In this document: positions 9,717-19,652 of the stretch, one piece after another
Position numbering within the stretch: the first letter of the stretch is position 1
Layout of the letters: each line of letters opens with the position of its first letter
Source of the DNA: an uncultured Alphaproteobacteria bacterium
GTDB lineage: Bacteria > Pseudomonadota > Alphaproteobacteria > Rs-D84
Direction of reading: 5' to 3'
NCBI GenBank assembly: GCA_937903135.1
Contig: CALDAH010000008.1
Span: 1,515 to 65,514, forward strand
DNA length: 64,000 nucleotides
Made by a program: the position numbers and the translations under genes
Notes under the pieces: model-generated
The model's database searches: none
What the model was told of the DNA's origin: nothing
The model's input: only the letters and a program-made list of their open reading frames with translations

Positions 9717-10445
9717 ATGAGTGAAAAGTTAATTGAAAAACGCTGCATGCAGGCGTATCAATGTGATCGCTATGGTAATGTTCGGCCGTTAATTTTAATG
9801 AATGAACTGCAGGGTATGGCCGATAAACACGCCGAGATACTAGGGTGCGGCCGGACGTATTTAACAGCTAATAACCTGGCCTGGGTTGTAACGCACTATT
9901 TGGTTGATATTATTGAAATGCCGACCGAAAACGAAGAGCTGTCGTTTATTACGTGGCCATCGTGTCAGGATGCGCTGCGTGCCACACGTGATTTTGAAAT
10001 CCACGGTGCGGATGGGCGTCTGATGGTTCGGGCAACGTCACAGTGGATATTAATTGACATGCAGCGTCGTCGCCCGATGCGGTTGGATGAACATCTGCCG
10101 AAATGGTTAATAAATCCGGTGCGTGCATGGGAACGCAGTTTTGATAAATTCCCGTCGTTTGTGCCGGAAAAAACGCATGTTATGAAATGCCGTTTTGATG
10201 ATATTGATGTAAACCAGCATATAAATAACGCAGTATATGCCGTATGGGCAACCGAAAGCGTCGGGTATGTTTATCGTAATCAGCATAAACTGTCGCGAAT
10301 AGAGTTGAATTTTAAAAAAGAAATCAGCCCAGATTCACCAGAGGTTGCGATTGACGTTGCAATTTCCGGGAACGAAAGTCGCCATACAATACGCATCGGC
10401 GATACCGAGCATGCAAGTGTTATATGCACATGGCAGCCGTTATAG
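9717..10445 (+). CDS. Acyl-ACP thioesterase family protein
   Basis: Double hot-dog layout with DIDVNQHINNAVY, typical of FatA/B-like thioesterases. ATG 9717 lies just after the valS stop. Confidence 0.65.
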   Translation: MSEKLIEKRCMQAYQCDRYGNVRPLILMNELQGMADKHAEILGCGRTYLTANNLAWVVTHYLVDIIEMPTENEELSFITWPSCQDALRATRDFEIHGADGRLMVRATSQWILIDMQRRRPMRLDEHLPKWLINPVRAWERSFDKFPSFVPEKTHVMKCRFDDIDVNQHINNAVYAVWATESVGYVYRNQHKLSRIELNFKKEISPDSPEVAIDVAISGNESRHTIRIGDTEHASVICTWQPL

Positions 10446-10449
10446 TATT

Positions 10450-10476
10450 ATTCCCCCCGGCGTGGGGGAATTTTTA
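10450..10476 (+). terminator. Rho-independent terminator after the thioesterase gene
   Basis: 8-bp stem ATTCCCCC / GGGGGAAT with loop CGGCGT, then TTTTT. Confidence 0.6.
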
Positions 10477-10539
10477 TACGGGCATTATATAAAAATCATC
10501 TTTCCTGCCGGCAATAGATATGATATAATTGTTAAAAGA

Positions 10540-12807
10540 ATGAAAAAACTTTTAACATGTTTTTTCGCATTAATAATATCTGCCCCGACCGCGTTTGCTG
10601 CGGATGGGGTAACTGCCTCGCGCGTGATTCCATCGGCAAAGGATACATCGTCGGGCGATAGTGCGCGCGTCGCGGCCCCGCGAACAACTGTTGCGCGCAC
10701 CGCCGCGTCGGCCGCATCCGATGGGGGCGGTGCCCCTGCCAATACGGTTCGTGCGGGATCGCGGGTTATAAATCTGGATAATAATACATCCGGCGCATCG
10801 GCGTCGCGTGGTCGTGATACCACGAACGCTGCCCAGCGTACGGCGGTTGCATCACGCGGGGCGGCCGGGGCAACATCTGCACGCAGTAATTTAGATGCCA
10901 CAGTAAATACCGTCGGGCGCAATGCCCGGGTAGAGGCGGCGAGTATAAACAGCAATCCGTCGGTTCGTCGCGCGGGCCTGACGCTGCGGCCATCCACGGC
11001 CGAGGTTGGCGGCCGTGCAACAATTGCCGGAACGGGGATGCAGACCGGATCTAATTTAAATCAGGGGACGCGTACGGTTCAATCACGTGCCGCCGCGACG
11101 GTTAACGCCGAAACTATTGCCGCGGCCAAGGAACGCTTGGAACAGACGGCCGAGCTGAATAAATCATGTCAGGAACAGTATAACGATTGCATGGATCAGT
11201 TCTGTGCTGTTATTGATGCGAACCAGAAACGTTGCAGCTGCAGTGCAAATTTATCTAAATACACCAAGGTAGAAGAGGCCGTAAACGACGCCAATACCCA
11301 GTTAAACGAGGTTGCCCAGCGTATTCGCTATGTCGGCCTTTCGGCGGACGAGATACGCGCGATTATGACCGCGACCGAGGCCGAAGAGGCACTAACCGGT
11401 GCAACCGATAATACCGAAACGCGCAACATGCTAGACGAGATTGAAAACCTAATCCGTGATCCGTCCAGTGCGACGTCGTATGCGGCGGATCCATATAACG
11501 GTCTGGATCTGGATTTGGATTTTTCATCCGATAGCGGTGATATATTTAACCTGGATTTCTTGAATACAAACTCGTCGTCAAGTTTTTCAAATCTGCGCGG
11601 GGCCGAGCTTTATAACGCGGCCAAGAAACGCTGCAATACCGTATTAAATCAGTGTAAAAGTGCCGGTGCAACGCCACAGCAGATCACGGGTAATTATGAT
11701 TTAGCAATTGATAAGGATTGTATCGCGTACGAGCAGGGCCTATCTAAAATGAACGAAACATTGGTATCCAATGTTCGCAGTGCAAATCGCATGCTGCAAA
11801 AGGCGCGCTTGGCCGTATTACAGAATAAAAATCAATATGACGCAAAGGGATGCATCGCGGCATTAAATACATGTATGACCGACGAAATGGTATGCGGGGC
11901 GGATTATACAAAATGCTTAGACCCGACCAAGATATATATTGATGAAAACGGCAAGGTTGTTCTGGGCCAGAATATTACGAAAATTACGTCGTTTATGGAA
12001 GCATATGATAACTCAAAAATAGATTCAGCAAGTCTAGGTACTGCGTATTCTTCGTCTATGACCGCTGATTCCTGTGCGGGCACTGGTAATGACGGTCGTT
12101 GTGTTATAAAATATTTATTGCAAAAAATCGGAACACGGCAAAAGGTAACTGACGAAGGGCTGTGCCGCGCCGTTCTGGATAAGTGCCAGCGTTATACATA
12201 CGACAGCAATGGGAATTACAGCCCGTATAATGACGTTGTTGTAAATTATATTCAGCGGGCAATGGTAAATATCCGTTCCGCCCAGCAAAAGATTATATCC
12301 GACTATGCGTCCAGCTGTATGGTTGACGTTGCCGCGTGTTATAACCAGCAGGTAACCCAGGTTAACGCATGGTCGTCATCTGCTAATGCGGCCAGCATCC
12401 AGGCGGTAATGCGCGGGGCATGTCGCAACGTGGCGTTAACGTGTGGCTATGCGATCTTTGATGGCCCGCCTGTAATTTCGAACAGCGAAAACACGGTTCA
12501 GGGATGCACATACGTAACCCAGGATTGCACGGGGGCGAATAATACCGATGCGTGCCGCAATAATGCATATATCGCGTGTATATCAGATATGTTCTATCAG
12601 TCGCTGTTGTGTCCGGAAAATTCAACGTATAACCCCGATGGCACAAAAGTTGATGCGAACGGTACTGCCGCCGGCTGGGTAAATAGCAGATGTAAGTGCC
12701 GCGCGGGATATACCGTATGGGGCGGGGCGTGCTTGGTTGATTGCGCCGCCGACGAGACACGTAATAGCTATGGCACATGTCAAAAAAAGGCAGCCGGCAG
12801 TAATTAA
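10540..12807 (+). CDS. Secreted protein: Ala/Arg/Ser/Thr-rich N-terminal half and cysteine-rich (34 Cys) C-terminal half
   Basis: ATG 10540 gives the signal peptide MKKLLTCFFALIISAPTAFA. An extended -10 (TGATATAAT, 10521-10529) lies just upstream. Cys spacing recurs (CQEQYNDCMDQFCAV..., CKCRAGYTVWGGACLVDC). Confidence 0.6.
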   Translation: MKKLLTCFFALIISAPTAFAADGVTASRVIPSAKDTSSGDSARVAAPRTTVARTAASAASDGGGAPANTVRAGSRVINLDNNTSGASASRGRDTTNAAQRTAVASRGAAGATSARSNLDATVNTVGRNARVEAASINSNPSVRRAGLTLRPSTAEVGGRATIAGTGMQTGSNLNQGTRTVQSRAAATVNAETIAAAKERLEQTAELNKSCQEQYNDCMDQFCAVIDANQKRCSCSANLSKYTKVEEAVNDANTQLNEVAQRIRYVGLSADEIRAIMTATEAEEALTGATDNTETRNMLDEIENLIRDPSSATSYAADPYNGLDLDLDFSSDSGDIFNLDFLNTNSSSSFSNLRGAELYNAAKKRCNTVLNQCKSAGATPQQITGNYDLAIDKDCIAYEQGLSKMNETLVSNVRSANRMLQKARLAVLQNKNQYDAKGCIAALNTCMTDEMVCGADYTKCLDPTKIYIDENGKVVLGQNITKITSFMEAYDNSKIDSASLGTAYSSSMTADSCAGTGNDGRCVIKYLLQKIGTRQKVTDEGLCRAVLDKCQRYTYDSNGNYSPYNDVVVNYIQRAMVNIRSAQQKIISDYASSCMVDVAACYNQQVTQVNAWSSSANAASIQAVMRGACRNVALTCGYAIFDGPPVISNSENTVQGCTYVTQDCTGANNTDACRNNAYIACISDMFYQSLLCPENSTYNPDGTKVDANGTAAGWVNSRCKCRAGYTVWGGACLVDCAADETRNSYGTCQKKAAGSN

Positions 12808-12833
12808 AAATCCCGCGTAACGCGGGATTTTTT
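12806..12833. terminator. Bidirectional terminator between convergent genes
   Basis: AAAAATCCCGCG-TAA-CGCGGGATTTTTT: A-run, perfect stem, then T-run. Confidence 0.7.
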
Positions 12834-13509
12834 ATGATAAAATTTTTTCCATAAACTCGTTATGCTTTTCTAATTCTTCGGCGCGGGGCGGGAATGTGCG
12901 TCGCGGAAATCCGTCGCCGATTTTCGGGTGTTTTAACATAGCCTCGTGCTGGGCGGCAAGTGTTTCCTTTATATCCGGGGTCGGGGCGGTATTTTCAAGT
13001 TCAATATAAACCTTTGCTAAAATCTCAGAGTCAATTAATGCCCCGTGCGCATCTGCACGCGCGGTAAGTGATATCCCGTACCATTTTGCCAGCGCATCCA
13101 GGGTATAGCTTTTTGGGCCAAATACACGATTGCGTGCGATAATTAACGAATCCAGCTGCTGGGATCGCGGAATCTGCGGCAGCCCAAGCATTGACAGCTC
13201 ATGATTAATAAACGGAAAGTCAAAGTCTACGCCATTATGGGCAACGACCGGACTGTCGCCAATAAATTCAATGAAACGCGGCGCAATTTCAGACATTTTC
13301 GGTTTATCTTCCAGAAACGCATTAGAGATTTTATGAACCATATATGTCTCGGGCGGAATAATTTTCCCTTCCGGGTTAATATATTCGTGGAACGAGTTTT
13401 CTGTTATTTTCCCGTCAATAATCTCAACCGCGCCGATTTCAATGCATCGGTCGCCCCGCAGATATTCAAACCCAGTCGTTTCAATGTCAAAACAGATAAT
13501 TCGTGTCAT
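12832..13509 (-). CDS. dnaQ: DNA polymerase III epsilon subunit (3'-5' exonuclease)
   Basis: Exo I ICFDIETTG, Exo II VVAHNGVDFDFPFI and Exo III HGALIDSEILAKVY motifs. Confidence 0.9.
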   Translation of the reverse strand: MTRIICFDIETTGFEYLRGDRCIEIGAVEIIDGKITENSFHEYINPEGKIIPPETYMVHKISNAFLEDKPKMSEIAPRFIEFIGDSPVVAHNGVDFDFPFINHELSMLGLPQIPRSQQLDSLIIARNRVFGPKSYTLDALAKWYGISLTARADAHGALIDSEILAKVYIELENTAPTPDIKETLAAQHEAMLKHPKIGDGFPRRTFPPRAEELEKHNEFMEKILS

Positions 13510-13567
13510 ATTAATCTCGCATAAAATATAGTTTTTATTATTTAACTTTGTGTATTATAATGAATAC

Positions 13568-15667
13568 ATGAATTTAATGCTAGAAAATCTTAATCCCGAA
13601 CAGAGATTAGCTGTCGAGACCACCGAAGGCCCATTATTGGTTTTATCCGGCGCGGGTACGGGGAAAACACGTGTTTTAACAACGCGCATTGCATATATAC
13701 TAAACTCTGGCCTGGCGCTGCCGTGGCAGGTTTTGGCACTGACATTTACAAACAAGGCGGCAAATGAAATGAAATCGCGTATTGCGTCGTTTGCCGCGGA
13801 TCGCGATGACTGGTATGCGGCCGATTTATGGGCGGGGACGTTTCATTCGGTATGTTTGCGAATCCTGCGGGCAAATGCCGATCGTGCGGGACTGCGTCGT
13901 GATTTTTTAATATATGGCGAAGATGATCAAAAGGCCGTTATAAAATCAATTATCGCAACGCGCGGCGGCAGTACAAAAACGCCCGGCGATTATATGGAAC
14001 AGTTTTCCACGATCAAGGACAAGGGCCTGGTCGCGCTGCAAAATACCGATCCCGTATATTTGGCGTATAACGCAGAACTCGCGCGATTAAACGCCGTAGA
14101 CTTCGGGGATATTATATTAAAGGTATTGGATTTATTTAACAATAACCCTGATGTTTTAGAACGATATCAAAAACAGTTTAAATATATTTTGGTTGACGAG
14201 TTCCAGGATACCAACAACGCCCAGATGCAGTTTTTAGAGATGCTAACGCGCGGGCGTGAATACCCGAATATCTGCTGTGTTGGTGATGACGATCAGTCTA
14301 TTTATTCATGGCGCGGGGCCGAGATTGCGCATATTCTGAACTTTGATAAAACCTTTAACGATGCGCAGATAATTCGTCTGGAAACAAATTACCGCAGTAC
14401 GTCAAATATACTTGGCGCGGCAAATTCATTAATTCGCCATAATCAGGGCCGTTTAGGCAAAGATCTGCGCGCGGCGGCCGATAACGGCACGGGCGAACCG
14501 GTTTATGTTTTAACCGTCCCGGGCGACCACGACGAGGCGCGCGTAATCGCCGATGCAATACTGCGTGACGGGGATGCGTTTAGTAAATTCGCCGTATTAA
14601 TTCGCGCCGGATCACTATCGCGATTATTAGAAGAAGAATTCGGCCGCCGCGGGATACCATTTCGCTTAATCGGCGCGACTAAGTTCTATGACCGGATGGA
14701 AATTCGCGACGCGATCGCATATATTCGTTTATTGGTATATCCGTTTGACGATATATCTTTTTTGCGGGTAATTGCAAAACCGCGTCGTGGTTTCGGCCCG
14801 GCAGCGATTGAAAAGATGCGCAGCGCAGGCGATAATTTAATGGCCGGGATGCGCAGTGCTGAATTCTCGGCGAAGCTGCGCGCCACCGCGGACGAGTTTT
14901 TATCCGCATTTGATTTTGATTGGCAAAATATGACCCCGCGTGATGCCGCCCAAAATTTATTAAACAGGGCCGGTTATATAAAAATGTGGGAACAATCCAA
15001 GGATGCCGATGCCCAGGACAGATTGGCAAATATTCGCGAACTGCTAAACAGCGTTGTTGCGAAATACGAAACCTTGGCCGAATTTTTAGAACAGGCCGCG
15101 CTGATGATGACCGATGACAATGATACGGACGTGGCCGGCGGGAATAATAACACGGTCAGTGTTATGACAATTCATGCGGCAAAGGGACTGGAGTTTGATA
15201 CTGTATTTTTACCCGCCTGGGAAGATGGAATTTTCCCGAATGATAAAGCTATATCCGAAGGTGCGCTGGAGGAAGAACGCCGCTTGGCATATGTTGCGAT
15301 TACGCGTGCGCGCCGGCGTGCAATAATCCTTAATGCTATGTCGCGAATGGTATTCGGGGCACGGCAATATAATTCGCCAAGTCGTTTTATAACCGAAATG
15401 GATAATCAATATCTGGATTTCCAGGGCGGCGTATCACAGCGCAGATCGTATTATGCAGATGTCCCGCGTGCGTATGGAAATAATTATCAGCGCGCGTCTG
15501 CCCGCGGGCGCATGGCGAATGCCGAACAGAAATGGGTCGGAAAGCTGGTTGCGCACGACGAGCTGGGGCACGGGACAGTTATTGCGGAAAACGGAAATGT
15601 TTTAACCGTTGCATTCGGCAGTCGCGGGATGAAAAACGTTATGAAAGAATTTTTAACGCTGATATAG
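13568..15667 (+). CDS. uvrD: UvrD/PcrA/Rep-family SF1 DNA helicase
   Basis: LNPEQRLAV, GAGTGKTRVLT (Walker A), DEFQDTN, YRS, TIHAAKGLEF and VAITRAR motifs. The start could also be GTG 13550. Confidence 0.9.
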   Translation: MNLMLENLNPEQRLAVETTEGPLLVLSGAGTGKTRVLTTRIAYILNSGLALPWQVLALTFTNKAANEMKSRIASFAADRDDWYAADLWAGTFHSVCLRILRANADRAGLRRDFLIYGEDDQKAVIKSIIATRGGSTKTPGDYMEQFSTIKDKGLVALQNTDPVYLAYNAELARLNAVDFGDIILKVLDLFNNNPDVLERYQKQFKYILVDEFQDTNNAQMQFLEMLTRGREYPNICCVGDDDQSIYSWRGAEIAHILNFDKTFNDAQIIRLETNYRSTSNILGAANSLIRHNQGRLGKDLRAAADNGTGEPVYVLTVPGDHDEARVIADAILRDGDAFSKFAVLIRAGSLSRLLEEEFGRRGIPFRLIGATKFYDRMEIRDAIAYIRLLVYPFDDISFLRVIAKPRRGFGPAAIEKMRSAGDNLMAGMRSAEFSAKLRATADEFLSAFDFDWQNMTPRDAAQNLLNRAGYIKMWEQSKDADAQDRLANIRELLNSVVAKYETLAEFLEQAALMMTDDNDTDVAGGNNNTVSVMTIHAAKGLEFDTVFLPAWEDGIFPNDKAISEGALEEERRLAYVAITRARRRAIILNAMSRMVFGARQYNSPSRFITEMDNQYLDFQGGVSQRRSYYADVPRAYGNNYQRASARGRMANAEQKWVGKLVAHDELGHGTVIAENGNVLTVAFGSRGMKNVMKEFLTLI

Positions 15668-15673
15668 TTTTTT

Positions 15674-16975
15674 CTATTTTTTCCCATCGCGTATAATTTT
15701 TATCCAATCGCGGGCTGTGCTGTATGCCTTTTTCGCCCGGGATGTTATGTCGTCGCCGAATTTATCCCCCAATGATTTATCAACACTCCCGCCGAGGTCG
15801 GTGGCAATTTCACCCGCGCGGTTCGCCAGATATGCGACCAGCAGCCCCGTTAGCAGTGTTATCATAAATCCGCTGTTATTAATTGACGGGACATTCCCGG
15901 CCAGATCGCCCGACACTGCGCCCGATAAAATCGCCGCACAGACAGCGATTACAATAGACAAGGATACAAAATATATTGCCGCGTTTATAAAACGTTTAAT
16001 CTGCTCGTCCAGGGAAAATGCACCTAGTTTAAATATTCCCATAAAACCGTTAAATATATCGCCAACGATTCCCTTATATGATGTTTTTCCAATTGTTTCG
16101 GCGATCGCGGTAAACGGCAACAACAGGACCGATAAGAATAAATCGGCGATAACCCCGATGGCCATTAATGCAAATTTCCATATATTAATTATAAACACAA
16201 CAACCATTACCGCCCCGGCCAGAAATGTAAACGCGCTGTGCCCGATGCCGGCAATCATCCATTTAAAACCGGCCATAATCCCGGTATAGAAAAATCCCGA
16301 CAGGCGTGTCGGCACGCATATTATATCAGCCGCGCTGCGGGCGCTGATTATCATATCCGGCGATGTATGTGTTGCGGCATAATCGCGTATCGCGGCACAG
16401 GTATCGGGCAGCTGTGCGCCGGCGCTGGATGTAATGGTATTTAATATTAAATCCGATAGATATGTTCCGATTGAAATAATCGGGCCGGCGATCCACATAA
16501 ACAACTGTGCCGGGCCAAAGTTAAGTATTATTGTCCATGCCGCGATTTTTATTGTTTTCTTTACGATTGATTCCAGTAGCTTTCGCACATTCCCATCGCC
16601 GGTCATCATGTTATATGTTTCCAGCATAATCCAAAAAATATACGACAGAATAATAAATATAATCGCAAAACGCACCAAAGAACTGTCCAGCAGATCGCCA
16701 ATAAACGACAACGCATTCATAAACGCCAGACCGACGCGTGCCTCTATCGGGACATAGTTATCCGTTAACTGTTCGGGGAATCCTGATTCAAACTGCGTTA
16801 AATCATGGCTGATATTTTCCACAACCAATTCCCGGTTATGATCGGTTGCCCATGTGCCGATATCGCTAACGTCGCCCATCGGCATGTTGGTTGCCCCGAA
16901 CGCAGGTGTAATAATAACCGCGGCCATGGCGGCGATTAAAACCTTTGATAAAAATTTTCGCAGTATATGTGTCAA
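15674..16975 (-). CDS. Polytopic membrane protein, paralog family member 4 (VirB6/TrbL-like layout, unconfirmed)
   Basis: The ORF-track start at 17167 overlaps the upstream gene by 188 nt. TTG 16975 is preceded by GAGGA and gives a signal-like N-terminus (M)THILRKFLSKVLIAAMAAVIITPAFGA. A Cys pair sits in the loop (DTC...IIC), followed by GIMAGFKWM. Confidence 0.6.
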   Translation of the reverse strand: MTHILRKFLSKVLIAAMAAVIITPAFGATNMPMGDVSDIGTWATDHNRELVVENISHDLTQFESGFPEQLTDNYVPIEARVGLAFMNALSFIGDLLDSSLVRFAIIFIILSYIFWIMLETYNMMTGDGNVRKLLESIVKKTIKIAAWTIILNFGPAQLFMWIAGPIISIGTYLSDLILNTITSSAGAQLPDTCAAIRDYAATHTSPDMIISARSAADIICVPTRLSGFFYTGIMAGFKWMIAGIGHSAFTFLAGAVMVVVFIINIWKFALMAIGVIADLFLSVLLLPFTAIAETIGKTSYKGIVGDIFNGFMGIFKLGAFSLDEQIKRFINAAIYFVSLSIVIAVCAAILSGAVSGDLAGNVPSINNSGFMITLLTGLLVAYLANRAGEIATDLGGSVDKSLGDKFGDDITSRAKKAYSTARDWIKIIRDGKK

Positions 16976-16979
16976 AATA

Positions 16980-18449
16980 TTATTCCTCGCCGATGGATTT
17001 TGATATCTTTTCAAATATTTGTTTTGGCGCGCCCCATATCTTTTTGCCGACGTCATATGTCCATGCGCCGAAGTCAAATTCTTCCTTTGAATCCAATTTT
17101 TTATCTTCGCCCGGTATCGGCAGTTTAATTGTCCCGGCCGGCAGTATCGCATCAATTTTCGGCCCAATCGCGTAATAGTACAGTAAAAACAGTCCGATCA
17201 TAAGTAACAGAAAATCAAAGCCGTTGGATAAAAAGTCAAATGCACCGGGGTATGCGCGTTCAACCGCCGCGCGCTGGGCAGTAAAACAGTTTTTAAATTT
17301 GTATTTGTCCATTTCCCCGTCGGCCAATGCGACCTGCTCACATGTTGCAAATACATTCGCAACAGATAATGTTTTGGCATCGGGGTTTGTTAATTTCTGG
17401 CCCATTAATGGCGGCATTATCGCGCTGTATCCATCGCGCGGGCCGGGGAAGTATGTATCGGCCGCAAATGAAACGGTTGCGTATAGTATTACGATTTTAA
17501 GTGTTATCGCAACAATTCGTACGGCGGATGATACGACCATATTTATCGCTTTTTTAAACAATCCCCCGGCAGCACCCCATATCGGTTCATACGCCGCGGC
17601 CGCAAGTAACAGCGGCAGGAAAATTATTACAAATATCAGTTTAAATACGACCGAGAGGATTTGAAAAAATAAATCAAATCCGATAATTAAAAACATTAAA
17701 ACCAAAACCAGTCCCGCTACCCATGTAAATGCCCCGCCGCCCATATCCATCCATGCATAGTTCATCATGGCAAACCCGCCCGCGGCCCCGGCCAGTGCCA
17801 CGGTATTTAGATTCCCAATAACGCACATAAACGGTTGTAGAATTGGGTTCAAAACGTCATCTGTGGTTGTATTTAATGCCCCGCATGTTGTCGCATCAGA
17901 TGTTCCGGATGCCAACATTGCCAATTCGGCCCCGACGAACATTACCGGCCGGATTGTAATATCTGCAACCGTTCGCAGTGCCGTATTCCCGCCAAGCCCG
18001 AGTGTCCCCATCATTGCGCCGACGATAAGTATTCGCGCACCCTGACGCCATATCTTGTCAAACCATGCCTTAAATTCCAGTTTCTGTTCCCCGGTCCCGA
18101 GTGACGCGGTTTTTTTTGCGGCATCAAATATATATCGGGCGGTATGAATAAATAAAAATATACCGAATCCGATTGCCATTAAAATCCAGAGATTATTTAC
18201 CAGCGTATCCCAGAACATTTCTGTCGCCCGGCCGATAACCGCGAACAGTTCCGATACATATCGGCATAAAAAACAACCGTTTGTATTTGCGATATCGCCC
18301 GCCCCGCCGATAGCATTTAAAAACGCGCCGGTGCTGGAATATGTTAACGCCGCGCCACCGATTGACGATGACATATACCATATGCCGATGCCCAACGCAA
18401 TTAGCGACATAATAACGCGGACGGCAATCATTATTAGCTTTGCTTTCAT
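16980..18449 (-). CDS. Polytopic membrane protein, paralog family member 3
   Basis: ATGA overlap with the upstream gene. N-terminal CFLCRYVSELF motif, loop Cys pair (TTC...FMC), then AAGGFAMM and multiple TM helices. Confidence 0.65.
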   Translation of the reverse strand: MKAKLIMIAVRVIMSLIALGIGIWYMSSSIGGAALTYSSTGAFLNAIGGAGDIANTNGCFLCRYVSELFAVIGRATEMFWDTLVNNLWILMAIGFGIFLFIHTARYIFDAAKKTASLGTGEQKLEFKAWFDKIWRQGARILIVGAMMGTLGLGGNTALRTVADITIRPVMFVGAELAMLASGTSDATTCGALNTTTDDVLNPILQPFMCVIGNLNTVALAGAAGGFAMMNYAWMDMGGGAFTWVAGLVLVLMFLIIGFDLFFQILSVVFKLIFVIIFLPLLLAAAAYEPIWGAAGGLFKKAINMVVSSAVRIVAITLKIVILYATVSFAADTYFPGPRDGYSAIMPPLMGQKLTNPDAKTLSVANVFATCEQVALADGEMDKYKFKNCFTAQRAAVERAYPGAFDFLSNGFDFLLLMIGLFLLYYYAIGPKIDAILPAGTIKLPIPGEDKKLDSKEEFDFGAWTYDVGKKIWGAPKQIFEKISKSIGEE

Positions 18450-19648
18450 TTATTGCCACCCTTGTTATCTGGTTTTTCGCCGCCTGATATTATTGTTTGA
18501 CCAACGCTTTTCGCGATGTTAATTACAGACCCGGTAAGCTTCATTGCATCATTGGCCAGCTGTTCGCTTAGCTTGTTTTCCTCGGATGCGCCGAATGCGC
18601 TAAGTATCATTTTTTTTACCGTCGGGATTTGATCGTATATATAGTTTAAAACATAGACCAAAATAACCGCGCTGCCAAGTGTTAATGCCGCCAGATTTTC
18701 ATCCGACAGGTCGTCCGAAAATACCTGGCCGCTGACGATTTTTTGCATTAGATCCGCGCTGCTAATATCCGGGTCAGAAAAGAACTTGGCGATGATTGTC
18801 ATTATAACAGTATATGTTATTACCGCCGCGGACAGTGCAATAATTGCCCCGATTAGCTGTTTAATTTTATCCGTGCCAACATTTCTCCCGAGTCCCGATA
18901 TCCATCCAGGGACGCTGCCTGCACCCTTAAACGATATTAAAACCAATGACAGCGGGAAAAAGAACGCAAAGAACGTCATCGCGATAATAATATCTGCGAA
19001 ATAAAAACAGAAGCGAACGAATAATTTAAAAAATCCGTAAAACAGGTATAACCCTATAACAAACAAAATCAAATGCTTAATTAATTCCCCGATCCCGATT
19101 AGGGCTTTCCATGAAAACGCGTGGTCCATAACCGCGATCCCAAGTTTCATATATGCCTGAAACTGCGTGATGGTTGTTTTCATTAGCATAATAATTATAT
19201 TGCGCAGCTCGGGCCGATAAAAACCGTTACTCGCCATCGGCAGCGGTTGATATGTAACCTTTTCATTTACTGTGGCATTGTCGGTTTGAACCATTGCCTG
19301 GGTGTATATCAATGCTATCTCGGCGGCCGGTTCAAATGTTACGCGCCCGATAAATCGCGGCAGGGCGACCCCCATACTTAAAAACGTCATTGCGATAATG
19401 CCGTTTATTAATACGGGCCGAATAGATTTCTGATACCATGGGTCGGTAACCCCGCCCTTGATATTTTGCCATACGGCGTTTATAACAAAGAACGAAAATA
19501 ATATGCAAAATAATATAACACAAAATAATGCAAACCGGCCGTATATCGCACCGGCGGCATCCGATACAATCTGAAACAATCGGTCAAATATTGGGCAACC
19601 CCAACATTGCACGGTGCTGTCTATGAAAGTATGTGCTAATTCATTCAT
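18446..19648 (-). CDS. Polytopic membrane protein, paralog family member 2
   Basis: 4-nt gap to the upstream gene. N-terminal CWGCPIFDRLF motif, multiple TM helices and a Gly/Lys-rich tail. Confidence 0.65.
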   Translation of the reverse strand: MNELAHTFIDSTVQCWGCPIFDRLFQIVSDAAGAIYGRFALFCVILFCILFSFFVINAVWQNIKGGVTDPWYQKSIRPVLINGIIAMTFLSMGVALPRFIGRVTFEPAAEIALIYTQAMVQTDNATVNEKVTYQPLPMASNGFYRPELRNIIIMLMKTTITQFQAYMKLGIAVMDHAFSWKALIGIGELIKHLILFVIGLYLFYGFFKLFVRFCFYFADIIIAMTFFAFFFPLSLVLISFKGAGSVPGWISGLGRNVGTDKIKQLIGAIIALSAAVITYTVIMTIIAKFFSDPDISSADLMQKIVSGQVFSDDLSDENLAALTLGSAVILVYVLNYIYDQIPTVKKMILSAFGASEENKLSEQLANDAMKLTGSVINIAKSVGQTIISGGEKPDNKGGNK

Positions 19649-19652
19649 TTAT

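Noticed and set aside
15674-17167. Long N-terminal extension (ATG 17167) of membrane paralog 4; similar extensions at 10345 (Cys-rich protein), 61966 (carboxypeptidase), 6644 (DUF2147), 38302 (helicase-MTase) and 26488 (dcm)
   Set aside because: The extensions overlap upstream genes or terminators and have non-protein-like, basic or odd composition. Internal starts give proper signal peptides or RBSs.
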